Assembly: GCA_023511675.1 (NCBI GenBank)
Contig: JAIMBC010000001.1
Coordinates: 13,263-77,262, forward strand
Length of the DNA stretch: 64,000 nt
Reading direction: 5' to 3'
Source: Pirellulales bacterium
GTDB taxonomy: Bacteria > Planctomycetota > Planctomycetia > Pirellulales > JAIMBC01
The position numbers and the translations under genes are program-made. Positions 44,095-53,652 of the stretch are shown piece after piece. A model generated the notes under the pieces. The model was not told the DNA's origin. It saw only the letters and a program-made list of their open reading frames with translations, and did no database searches. Position 1 is the stretch's first letter, and each line of letters opens with the position of its first letter.

Positions 44095-45593
44095 ACCGCC
44101 CACATCGCATCGCCATTGGGGCGCTGTTCACAGAGTGCAATCACTTTGGCGGGCGGCGCATGGACCTGGCCTGGTTTGCACGCACCCAGCTTGCCTACGG
44201 CGAGGAACTATTGCAAACCCAAGCGGGCGCGCTGGGCGGCGCCCTGGAAGTGCTGCGTGCAGCCGACGTGCAACTGGCACCGCTGTTGGCCGCCTCTGCC
44301 TGCCCCGGCGGCGTGTTGACGGCCGCTTGCTACAACCACCTGCGCGGCGAGGTGTTGTCACAGCTTGACTGCTCAGCCCCGGTCGACGGCGTACTCTTGG
44401 TGTTGCACGGTGCCGCGGCCGCAGAGAACGCGCCCGATCTGGAGGGCGATTTGCTCGCCGCTGTGCGTGCCCGAATCGGTCCCGAGGCGCCCCTGGTGGC
44501 CACGCTGGACCTGCATGCCCATGTTACGGCAGACATGGTCCGCAACGCCACGGCCCTGCTCGCCTGGGAGACCTATCCCCATCAGGACGCACACACCACC
44601 GGACAGCGTGCCGCGCGGCTGCTGTTAGCCGCGGTGCAGGGCCGCGTGCGCCCCGCCATGGCACTGGCCAAGGTGCCCGTGGTCGTGGCAGCCCTGAATG
44701 GCCACACCGAGGGAGAAGGACCTTTTGCAGAGGTGATGCGGCTGGCCAAGAGCCTCGAGCAGCAGCCGGGCGTGCTCTCTACCAGTGCCTTCATGGTGCA
44801 TCCTTATCTCGATCTGCCCGAGATGGGCGGCGGAGGGCTGGTGATCACAGATAACGACCCCTCCCTCGCCGCCCAACTGGCCCGACAGATCGCCACCGCC
44901 TACTGGGAGCGCCGCGGGACGCTCGAGCCCCGGCTCTATGCCCCTGCCGAGGCACTGCGTGCCGCGGCGGACATACCGGCGGGCCCGGTGCTGCTGGTCG
45001 AAACGGCCGATTGTTGCGGCGGCGGTGCCGCGGGAGACAGTGTGCATGCACTGCGTGCCCTGCTGGAGGCGGGAGTTACGGAGCCATGTCTGGTTCCGGT
45101 TGTCGATCCTGCGGCGGTGCGGGCAGCCCAGCACGCCGGCATCCTCGGCCGCATCGCATTGCGGCTCGGGCATCAAGTGGATCCGCAGTGGGGAGAGCCT
45201 GTCGAGGTCACGGGCGTGGTCCGCAGGCTTGGGGACGGGCGCTTTCGATATGCGGGCGGCATCTTCGCGGGCACCTGGGGAGAGATGGGCCCCACCGCTG
45301 TGCTGGAAGTGGGCAGCATCCGCATCCTGATTGCTTCCGGCGGCACATACGACTATGCGGACGAGCAGTACCGCAGTGTGGGCCTCGACCCGCGGCAGGC
45401 CCGCTTTGTGGTGGTGAAGAATCCCATGAACTATCGCTTTGCCTATGACGGCGTCGCCAGGGCCGCCTTTGTACTTGACACCCCAGGCCCAACGCCCCCC
45501 ACCACACGCCGTCTGCCCTACCGCCGCCTGACACGCCCTTGCTTCCCCCTGGATGAGGACATGCCCGAGATCACCCCACACGTCATGGCGTAA
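44091..45593 (+). CDS. M81-family metallopeptidase (MlrC/microcystinase C-like; DUF1485 + MlrC_C)
   Basis: ATG 44091 overlaps the upstream stop (ATGA). Sequence RIAIGALFTECNHF, LVLHGAAAAE, DLEGDLLAAVRARIGPEAPLVATLDLHAHV and ETYPHQDAHTTG matches the MlrC pattern. Confidence 0.85.
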   Translation: MNRPHRIAIGALFTECNHFGGRRMDLAWFARTQLAYGEELLQTQAGALGGALEVLRAADVQLAPLLAASACPGGVLTAACYNHLRGEVLSQLDCSAPVDGVLLVLHGAAAAENAPDLEGDLLAAVRARIGPEAPLVATLDLHAHVTADMVRNATALLAWETYPHQDAHTTGQRAARLLLAAVQGRVRPAMALAKVPVVVAALNGHTEGEGPFAEVMRLAKSLEQQPGVLSTSAFMVHPYLDLPEMGGGGLVITDNDPSLAAQLARQIATAYWERRGTLEPRLYAPAEALRAAADIPAGPVLLVETADCCGGGAAGDSVHALRALLEAGVTEPCLVPVVDPAAVRAAQHAGILGRIALRLGHQVDPQWGEPVEVTGVVRRLGDGRFRYAGGIFAGTWGEMGPTAVLEVGSIRILIASGGTYDYADEQYRSVGLDPRQARFVVVKNPMNYRFAYDGVARAAFVLDTPGPTPPTTRRLPYRRLTRPCFPLDEDMPEITPHVMA

Positions 45594-45862
45594 CGCAGGC
45601 TTGCCGAGAAGCACTGTGGCGCCCGCCGTGATTGCCCTGCGGGAACCGGGGCAGAGTTTCCGGCCCCTCCTTGTGCCGCCTAGAGTGCGCTCGTAGCGGA
45701 ACCGTTCGGCCGCACCTAACGGTCATTCCGACAGGAAGTGCAGCCGTGCCGCCTGGTCCAGCCCCGGCCGCAGAAAAACCACGATGATCACCAGGCTGCG
45801 CGAACTCCCTTGGGCGCGGCACGCCGTCGAGCTGCGCCGTCGGCTCACACAGGTCCAAGGGA

Positions 45863-47221
45863 TCACAGTCCCAAGAACGGCACGGGTACCAGAAACGCGT
45901 GCTGCTCGTATAGGCTGGCCACGCCGTACCACGAGGTGTACTGGGTGAAGTACACAATCAGCACGTACATGCCCACCACAGGCAGCATGGCCAGCCGTGC
46001 CGCCTGGCGGACAAACCAGTTGCGCGGCCGCTGCCGACGCGCTGCGTAGCCGCATACCCACCCGACCAATAGCCGTGCGGGCAAGATGAAGATCACAAAC
46101 ACCAGGCTGGGCAGCCAGGCCGCCTCCCGCGGCACAATCTCGATCTTGAGCAGGTACAGCGGCACTGCAAAGGCCAGTGTTACCAGCACTGCCAGCCAGA
46201 AGCCTACCGGCGCCTTGCGGAACAATCGCCGCACGGCGCCCCCTTCAAACATGGCGGCAAAGCGGTTCTCGGCCGCAAAGCGGGTCTGCAAGAACGGCAG
46301 GTACAGCAGTACCACCATCAGGCCCAGGGCGCCAAGAAACCCCGCCACGGGATGCCCACTGCTTCCCAGTGCCAGCAGCGAGATGGGTAGCACCAGCCAG
46401 ATCATGCCGCCCGCGAAGCCACGCAACCCCAACCAAAAGTAGTAGGGAACCCGCAAGCCCACGGCAAACTCCCACAACCTGTCTCGCACCCAGACGTACA
46501 AGCGCGGCTCCCAGGCCCTCCGGCGCGGGGGCAGACGCCAGGCAGCCGCCATCGGCTGGCCAGAAACCAGCGACTCGACAGCACGCCCGCACATCAGCAC
46601 TCCGATCAGCCATAGCGCCAGGGCCGCGATCGTCAACAACACCATGAACCACAGCCCGATGCTCCAGCCCCGATCGGCCAGTCCGCCTGGCTCGATCAAC
46701 CGCGCCCGCGCCGCCATGGACGAAACAAACCGCACCGGCAGCAGCAGTACCCACGCACCAGCCACAAAGATCCCCAGTCCCGCTGCCTTGTGCAGCCCCA
46801 CAAAGCCGTCTCGCAGGCGGCCGCTACGTGCGACCCGGCCGCTGCACTCCAGCAAGTAGCCCAAGCTCACGAACTGGGCTAGCGGAAACGTGGCCAGCAC
46901 GGCCAGCCCGGCGACGATCGTCGCCAGGCCAGCCAGCTTGACCTGCAAGCCCACCAGCCACGCCAGCAGGCGAACAGGCCAGCGGCGCGAGGCTCTGTGC
47001 ACCATTTCCGCCAGCACCACAGCACCACCGGTGCCAGGCGGGCCGGCGGCATCGAGCACCAGGGCGTCGCGCAGCTGATCTCGTGATGCCAGTCCGGCAG
47101 CGGGAGGCCCCTCCGGATCGACCAGAATGGCATCCCTGGGCTGGTTGCCGTCGCCGGTGTGTGGCAAACGGTCAGCCGGGTGCACCAGTTCGGCATCCCA
47201 CACGCGTTCCGGCGTGGACAC
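45863..47221 (-). CDS. Polytopic membrane protein, DUF4013-like
   Basis: At least 8 hydrophobic helices. The segment FPLAQFVSLGYLLECSGRVARSG resembles the DUF4013 signature. GTG start with an N-terminal cytoplasmic region of about 75 aa. Family call is tentative. Confidence 0.65.
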   Translation of the reverse strand: MSTPERVWDAELVHPADRLPHTGDGNQPRDAILVDPEGPPAAGLASRDQLRDALVLDAAGPPGTGGAVVLAEMVHRASRRWPVRLLAWLVGLQVKLAGLATIVAGLAVLATFPLAQFVSLGYLLECSGRVARSGRLRDGFVGLHKAAGLGIFVAGAWVLLLPVRFVSSMAARARLIEPGGLADRGWSIGLWFMVLLTIAALALWLIGVLMCGRAVESLVSGQPMAAAWRLPPRRRAWEPRLYVWVRDRLWEFAVGLRVPYYFWLGLRGFAGGMIWLVLPISLLALGSSGHPVAGFLGALGLMVVLLYLPFLQTRFAAENRFAAMFEGGAVRRLFRKAPVGFWLAVLVTLAFAVPLYLLKIEIVPREAAWLPSLVFVIFILPARLLVGWVCGYAARRQRPRNWFVRQAARLAMLPVVGMYVLIVYFTQYTSWYGVASLYEQHAFLVPVPFLGL

Positions 47222-47833
47222 GAGTCTTCACCTTGTGGTAGACCGAATCCGTCAGGGGCCAACGACCTTCCACATAGTTATACCCGCTTGAACTGCCCGT
47301 CGTTGCAGGTGCCGGGACTGCGCCGGCGTCATCGCGGCAGGCGCGCTGGGTGCCCGCATCGAGGCCGCCAGTGGTTGCAGGCGCGGGGCTTGCGCCGGCG
47401 CCGTGTCGCCGTCGAGCCGCACTGGTGTGCTGCCCCCCACAGGCCTGGTGTGCCTGAGGCGCCCGGGATGCCCACATCGGCCGACTGCTTGCTACCCGTA
47501 CAGGCCTGGCACGCCGTGGCCAGGCCGGGATTGCCCCGCCTTCGCTCGTAAAATGGCGTGTGCCTACTGGGTAGAGCCCTTCCCTCACCGTCGTGCTCCA
47601 GGCGCCCAGCAGCCGCTGGCCTTGTTGGAATCGGTGACTGGGGGGCAATCGTTGCGTTGTAAAGAAACACCAATCCGCCGGCGCGGAGCCCTCTTAGCGT
47701 CCGCGCCGTCTGAATGGAGGCGCCTTCCACCCTCGCGCAGCCTGCTTCTGCTGCACCAATGTTGGTACAGCCGGCACCACGGCGGCTGCCGCAAGCGGGC
47801 AGATCTTGCCAGCTTGATTTGCCGCCTGGCAGC

Positions 47834-47862
47834 TTGCCCGCACAGGAAGAGGGCCCTACAAT
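47834..47862 (+). promoter_or_regulatory. Sigma70-like promoter candidate for sucCD
   Basis: TTGCCC (47834-47839), 17-nt spacer, then TACAAT (47857-47862), about 50 nt upstream of the sucC ATG. Confidence 0.35.
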
Positions 47863-47912
47863 CCTGCCCATCGGCCGCGTGCGTCCCGTTTCAGCATTCC
47901 ACCTTAGCATCC

Positions 47913-49106
47913 ATGAAAATCCACGAGTTCCAGGCGAAAGAGATCCTGCGCCAGGCTGGAGTGCCCGTGCCCGCGGGCATGGTGGCCCGCACGCCCGAGG
48001 AGGCAGCGGCCGCGTTCAAGCAGCTTGGCGGATCGGTGGCGTTGGTGAAGGCGCAGATCCATGCGGGGGGACGCGGCAAGGGGACCATCAAAGAGCACCC
48101 GAGCCAGCGCGGCGTGCAGGTCGTTCGCAGTGCGGAGGAGGCAGCCGCGGTGGCGGGGCGCATTCTTGGTCATGCGCTGGTGACCTTGCAGACGGGGCCA
48201 GAGGGGCGGGTAGTGCATCAGGTGCTGGTCGAGGCGGGCTGCGAGATCGCTCGCGAGCTGTACCTGGGGATCGTGCTGGATCGATCTCGTCAGGCTCCTG
48301 TGCTGATGGTTTCCAGCGAAGGCGGCGTCAATATCGAGGAGGTGGCAGCGCAGACGCCTGAGAAGATTTTCAAGGAGTGGTTCCATCCGGATGGGGGGTT
48401 GCGGCCGTACCAGGCGCGTAAGCTGGCGGTGAAGCTGCAACTTAGGGGGGCGAGTCTGGCACACGCGGAGCGTTTCATGTGCGGCCTGTGCCGGGTGTTC
48501 GTGTCTCAAGATTGCAGTTTGCTGGAGGTGAATCCGCTGGTGGTGACCTCGCGAGGCGAGCTGCTGGCACTGGATGCGAAGCTGAACTTCGATGACAATG
48601 CGGCTTTCCGCCATCCGGAGCGTGCGAACCTGCGGGATCTGGCCGAGGAAGAGCCATCGGAGGTGCGTGCCGCCGAGGCGGGTTTGAGCTATGTGAAACT
48701 CGATGGCAACATCGGCTGCCTCGTAAACGGAGCGGGGCTGGCGATGAGCACCATGGACCTGATCAAGTTGCACGGCGGCGAGCCGGCGAACTTTCTGGAT
48801 GTGGGCGGCGGCGCCAACGCCGAACAGGTCACCGAGGCCTTCCGCATCCTGTTGGCCGACGGCAACGTGCGCGCGGTGCTGGTGAATATCTTCGGCGGCA
48901 TCATGCGCTGCACCACGATCGCTCAGGCGCTGATCGAGGCCTATCGCATGGTGGGCTTCAACGTCCCGCTCGTGGTGCGTTTGGAAGGCACCGAGGTAGA
49001 AGAGGCGCGGCGGATGCTCGCCGAAAGCGAACTGGACATTATCTCCGCGAGCGACCTGACCGATGCGGCACGCAAGGTCGTCGCGGCAGCACAACAAGCG
49101 CCATGA
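47913..49106 (+). CDS. sucC: Succinyl-CoA synthetase beta subunit
   Basis: [32 protein letters not shown] and NIFGGIMRC. The 170 upstream codons of the track ORF are non-coding-looking. Confidence 0.95.
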   Translation: MKIHEFQAKEILRQAGVPVPAGMVARTPEEAAAAFKQLGGSVALVKAQIHAGGRGKGTIKEHPSQRGVQVVRSAEEAAAVAGRILGHALVTLQTGPEGRVVHQVLVEAGCEIARELYLGIVLDRSRQAPVLMVSSEGGVNIEEVAAQTPEKIFKEWFHPDGGLRPYQARKLAVKLQLRGASLAHAERFMCGLCRVFVSQDCSLLEVNPLVVTSRGELLALDAKLNFDDNAAFRHPERANLRDLAEEEPSEVRAAEAGLSYVKLDGNIGCLVNGAGLAMSTMDLIKLHGGEPANFLDVGGGANAEQVTEAFRILLADGNVRAVLVNIFGGIMRCTTIAQALIEAYRMVGFNVPLVVRLEGTEVEEARRMLAESELDIISASDLTDAARKVVAAAQQAP

Positions 49107-49205
49107 GCCAGATCGAACTTTTTGCATCCTCCCATCGCGCGGCGGTCACGACGGCTCACGCCTGTCTGCCTCTCCAGTTCCCACGCTAACTTTACTGCAC
49201 GTACG

Positions 49206-50087
<882 letters not shown>

Positions 50088-50281
50088 CCCCCCACACGCG
50101 AGACGCGGCAGCTAGCGAATTCGACCAGCTTCCTTCCTTCGAATCCGGCCTTCGCAGCCGCCGGGGTTTGCAGCGCGTTGCGGTCTAGCAAGGCAGCAAG
50201 CATGGCCGCTTGGCCAGAAATGGTGGGCGACCTTAACGGCCAACTCCTGCCCTGGAGCCCGTGGCCGAGCCATGACGTCAT

Positions 50282-50370
50282 CTGGCGCCCACGTGGGCGC
50301 ATTCGTTTGGACACAGGCGAAGATTGACGGGCTGCCGACGAACTGGCGCCCACGTGGGCACATTCGTTTG
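50282..50370. repeat. Two 28-nt direct repeats (27/28 identical) separated by a 33-nt unique spacer: CRISPR-like mini-array or tandem operator
   Basis: CTGGCGCCCACGTGGGCGCATTCGTTTG at 50282-50309 and CTGGCGCCCACGTGGGCACATTCGTTTG at 50343-50370, a period of 61 nt. Each contains the 16-nt palindrome GCGCCCACGTGGGCGC (one G-to-A change in copy 2). No third copy and no cas genes in the window. Confidence 0.75.
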
Positions 50371-50588
50371 AGCGGTTCATCGTGCGTCATGGCCCTGCTG
50401 TTGCTGGGGGGGACGGAGCGGCTGCCCATCAAATCCGTTATCGCGCGCGTGCCGGGCCAAGTAGCCCCTACTTCGACGGAGGCGCGTGCGGCTCTAAAAC
50501 AGGGCGTTGCGGCGGCCTGAGGGCAAATGCCTTGCCCTACTCGTGCCAGCCGATTCAACAACGCTGCCTGGGCGGCTAACATGAACAG

Positions 50589-51995
50589 ATGCTCTATGTT
50601 CAGTTTGGCTGTCCGCGGTGCGGTGCCATTTCACAGATCGACGCCTCGATGGCTGGCCGACAGGCGACGTGCCCAGTCTGTGGCGGCGTGCTCGTGGTTC
50701 CCGCAGGGGTGCCGTTCCAGGCGGCGCCACCCGTGGGTGGTTGGCAAAGTGCGGTGCCGCCAGGGCCGCCACCCGTGGTCCCTGGCTCCGGTGCTGTGCC
50801 GCCCATTGCAGCCGGCCCCCCGCCTGTAGCCCCGCCGCAAAGGCTTTCCGTCCCACCTCCAGTGGCCGCACCACCTACCACGGCTGGACCGCCGCCGGTG
50901 GCCGGACCGCCGCCCGTTGCTGCACCACCTCCCGTTATTCCACCGCCTCCCCCAGCCGGACGGCCACCCGCAGCCGCACCACCTCCGGTCGCAGCAGCAG
51001 CTCGCGAGGCAGCACCGCCTCCCGGGGCAGCCTTGCCGCCTGCAATGGCGCCGCCACACTCGGGCGGTGCGCCACCTGAGACCAGCCTGCCACCTCTTGC
51101 GGCTCACCCTGTCTCGCAAAGTGTTCCACAGCCGCGCGGGCCCGCTGCTGCGGTTGGGCCGGGCTCGGCAAGCCCGCCGGCAGCCCCGCCCCCTGTGCCC
51201 ACATCGACGGTGCCGGTGGCTGTACCCGCGCATCCGCCTCCTGCGGCCGCCCCGGTAGGGAGTGTGCACGCTCCCTCACCGTCCACAGCCGCTGCCAGCG
51301 GCCAACCGGTAACTGAGCCGCCGCCGCAAGCCGCCATGCCCAAGTCTGCGGCGGGCGGTGCAGCTAGGCCGGGGGTGTCCCCGCCCGTCATGGAGAGCCC
51401 GCTAACGGCGCATCAAACCACTACGGTCGCAGAGCCGCCAGCCTGCAAATCGCCGCTCGTGGGTACTGCACCGCCTGGCGAGAGTGCCAGTCCTACCGCG
51501 GCAGACAGCTCAAGCGATGCTGGTTCATCACCACTAGCCGCTTCAGCGGGCCGAGATTCGGGCACGGCCGCCACAATGACGCTGCACGCTCCCAGCGTGC
51601 CGGCATCTCACGCTTCTGCTGCGCGGGCCGCGCCTTTAGGGCCCGTCGTTCCGACAGTACCGGCGGCATCAGCGCCGCTTGCCGGTGGCGCGGTCTCGGT
51701 CGGCACGGGGGTGGCGCCCGCGCGCGCGGAGCAAGCAGGCAGTCGAACGATCGCCCAACCAGTGCCTCCGCAGCCGCAGCTCGCTGCCGGCATGCCCGTA
51801 CCGGTAACGAGCGCTACCACGGCACGTTCGGGGGAGACACGAGCGACTTCCTCGGCAACCGGCCATTCGAGCAGCCTCGTACGCCGCCTGACGCCTGAGG
51901 AGAAGCAACTGCGGCGCGCACGCCGCAACCTGGTCACGGCGTGCGTGTGTGTGGTGATTCTGATCATCGTGCTGGCTATCTTGCTGCAGTTGTAG
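50589..51995 (+). CDS. Zinc-ribbon protein with ~400-aa Pro/Ala-rich disordered region and C-terminal transmembrane tail anchor
   Basis: N-terminal CPRCG...(16 aa)...CPVCG ribbon. PPPV/APPP low-complexity repeats. Basic stretch RRARRN followed by the terminal helix LVTACVCVVILIIVLAILLQL. Confidence 0.75.
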   Translation: MLYVQFGCPRCGAISQIDASMAGRQATCPVCGGVLVVPAGVPFQAAPPVGGWQSAVPPGPPPVVPGSGAVPPIAAGPPPVAPPQRLSVPPPVAAPPTTAGPPPVAGPPPVAAPPPVIPPPPPAGRPPAAAPPPVAAAAREAAPPPGAALPPAMAPPHSGGAPPETSLPPLAAHPVSQSVPQPRGPAAAVGPGSASPPAAPPPVPTSTVPVAVPAHPPPAAAPVGSVHAPSPSTAAASGQPVTEPPPQAAMPKSAAGGAARPGVSPPVMESPLTAHQTTTVAEPPACKSPLVGTAPPGESASPTAADSSSDAGSSPLAASAGRDSGTAATMTLHAPSVPASHASAARAAPLGPVVPTVPAASAPLAGGAVSVGTGVAPARAEQAGSRTIAQPVPPQPQLAAGMPVPVTSATTARSGETRATSSATGHSSSLVRRLTPEEKQLRRARRNLVTACVCVVILIIVLAILLQL

Positions 51996-52267
51996 GGCCG
52001 GCCATGCTGCCGTGTGCCCTGCGGCTGCGACGATTCTTGCGCAGAACGCCGCCTCCCTCAGTCTGGTTGACGCCGATCCTGTTGAATCGGCGCTGCTTCG
52101 AGTATTCCTGGGCAGAACGCCGCCTCGCTCATGCGGTAGGCGGCCGTGCATCGAGTTGCGCGGCGCGGAACATGCGTGCGGTAAGGGGGCGAGGTCAGCG
52201 GGCGCGGGGGGCGGAACGCCCGGTCCTGCGACACGAGCGGAGCCGCATTGCCGCTGCATGTCTTGCC

Positions 52268-53458
52268 TTACGGAGCAGCGCGGGACGGTGCCTGGGGCAA
52301 TGGCACCTGTGCCGGTTCGCGCTGGCGCCACAGCGCCAGGGCATGAGCGGCGTGCGAGAGGAAACCATAGCCTTCTTGCACGTCCTTCTCCGGCATCTCG
52401 GAGATGGTCCGCACCAGCCATTGGCCGGCACGGACCAGCACCTCGCGCGGTGGCAGAATCGGTTCCGGTGCCAGAGCCCACCACTCCATGGGATGGCCGG
52501 TGGCCAGAATCCAGTTTGCCAGGGTGTTCTCATACGCTGCGCTGGAGCGCTGGGAGCCGACGTCGTAGCCGGGCCAGGTGTGCGTCCAGTAACCTTCAGG
52601 ATGCTGGTTTTGCACCAAAAGCTGCGTCACGTTCTGCAAGTATTCCGTGACGCGCTGTCGCATGGCCGCGCTCAGCAGCGGCTGCTGTTCGTCAACGCGC
52701 AAGAAGACTACCAGCGTGTGCATGCGATGGTTGGCCAGGCACACGCCTTGTGGCAGCTCCTGCCGCATGATACGTTCGGCCAGCCGGTCAAATGTAATCT
52801 CCTGCCCCTCTCGCGTGCGCCAGCGTCGGACGTGCGGCATGTAGAGGGCAAATACCATGGCGGACCATTCGTACTCTGCCTGGTTCAGGCTGAAGTCTCT
52901 CAGGCATTGATCGAACATGGCACGCACTGTGGTCTGTTGCCGCGGCGTGCGCAGCGGGTAATCAAGGGGCGTACCCGTTTCCGCCAGACATCCCAGCACA
53001 TGATCGTAATGGCTCGAGCTGTGCTGGCCCTCCTGCACCCGGACGCGCACGCCTCGCTCCTCGGTATCGATCAGCAAGGGAGCCGTCTCTGGACCCCACG
53101 CCTCGGCGAACCGCCCATGGTCTGTCAGAAGCTGCCGCATCTCTTCGCCCGAGAGGCAGTTGGGGTCGTCGAACGCCGTCTGTACGCCCCAACAGCGCAG
53201 GGCGTGATCGACAAAGTTAATCTTCGGCTTCGGCACGCGAAACTGAGGCCGCAGCCGCCACAACACCAGGGCAAGCTGTTCGTCGGTGACAATTTCCGGG
53301 ATGTCATACAGCGGACCCACCCGCACCGGCTCGTTTCGCGGCTGCGGCAGAGCCCAGTCCTGCTCCAGCCGGGCCCAGCGCACGCTCGCCCAGGCGCTGA
53401 CTCCCCCCCAAAATGCAAGTTGCAGGATCCCAAAACCCAGCAGCCTGCGGCGAGCCAT
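52268..53458 (-). CDS. Signal-anchored hypothetical protein (~396 aa) with a single QxxxGxW (QW-like) motif
   Basis: ATG 53458 follows AAGAGGTG. N-terminus MARRRLLGFGILQLAFWGGVSAWASV. QNQHPEGYW fits the QxxxGxW motif of prenyltransferase/terpene-cyclase alpha-toroid repeats. That is weak evidence. Confidence 0.65.
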   Translation of the reverse strand: MARRRLLGFGILQLAFWGGVSAWASVRWARLEQDWALPQPRNEPVRVGPLYDIPEIVTDEQLALVLWRLRPQFRVPKPKINFVDHALRCWGVQTAFDDPNCLSGEEMRQLLTDHGRFAEAWGPETAPLLIDTEERGVRVRVQEGQHSSSHYDHVLGCLAETGTPLDYPLRTPRQQTTVRAMFDQCLRDFSLNQAEYEWSAMVFALYMPHVRRWRTREGQEITFDRLAERIMRQELPQGVCLANHRMHTLVVFLRVDEQQPLLSAAMRQRVTEYLQNVTQLLVQNQHPEGYWTHTWPGYDVGSQRSSAAYENTLANWILATGHPMEWWALAPEPILPPREVLVRAGQWLVRTISEMPEKDVQEGYGFLSHAAHALALWRQREPAQVPLPQAPSRAAP

Positions 53459-53652
53459 CGTCACCTCTTTATCCACCATTTGTCATCTCACCCTTCATAA
53501 CCCAGTATGGCACATCGCCCTGCACGCCGTAAGCCGCTATCGCCATGCTCGTCTCAGCGCCGCTAACGCCATCCCGCCATATGGCAGGCTTACCCCAGCC
53601 TGCCTCGCCAGGCCGTGCCGCAGGCTGCACATGGCGCATGGCACAGCAATCC

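Noticed and set aside
47904-49127. 407-aa minus-strand ORF opposite sucC. Similar antisense ORFs: 35371-36771 opposite nusB/ftsY, 14381-15844 (+) opposite the HSP90/HEAT genes, 51941-53500 (+) opposite the 396-aa gene, and 17-991 (-) opposite the first gene
   Set aside because: All overlap genes that have strong family motifs on the other strand, and all lack any motif or sensible composition.
50131-50150. ccttcgaatccgg, resembling a tRNA T-arm
   Set aside because: No complementary T-stem, acceptor stem or anticodon arm can be drawn around it. No tRNA was identified anywhere in the window by eye.
50272-50520. 82-aa ORF spanning the two 28-nt repeats
   Set aside because: The 61-nt repeat period shifts the reading frame between copies, so the repeat is not a coding repeat. 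The ORF has no start context or motifs.
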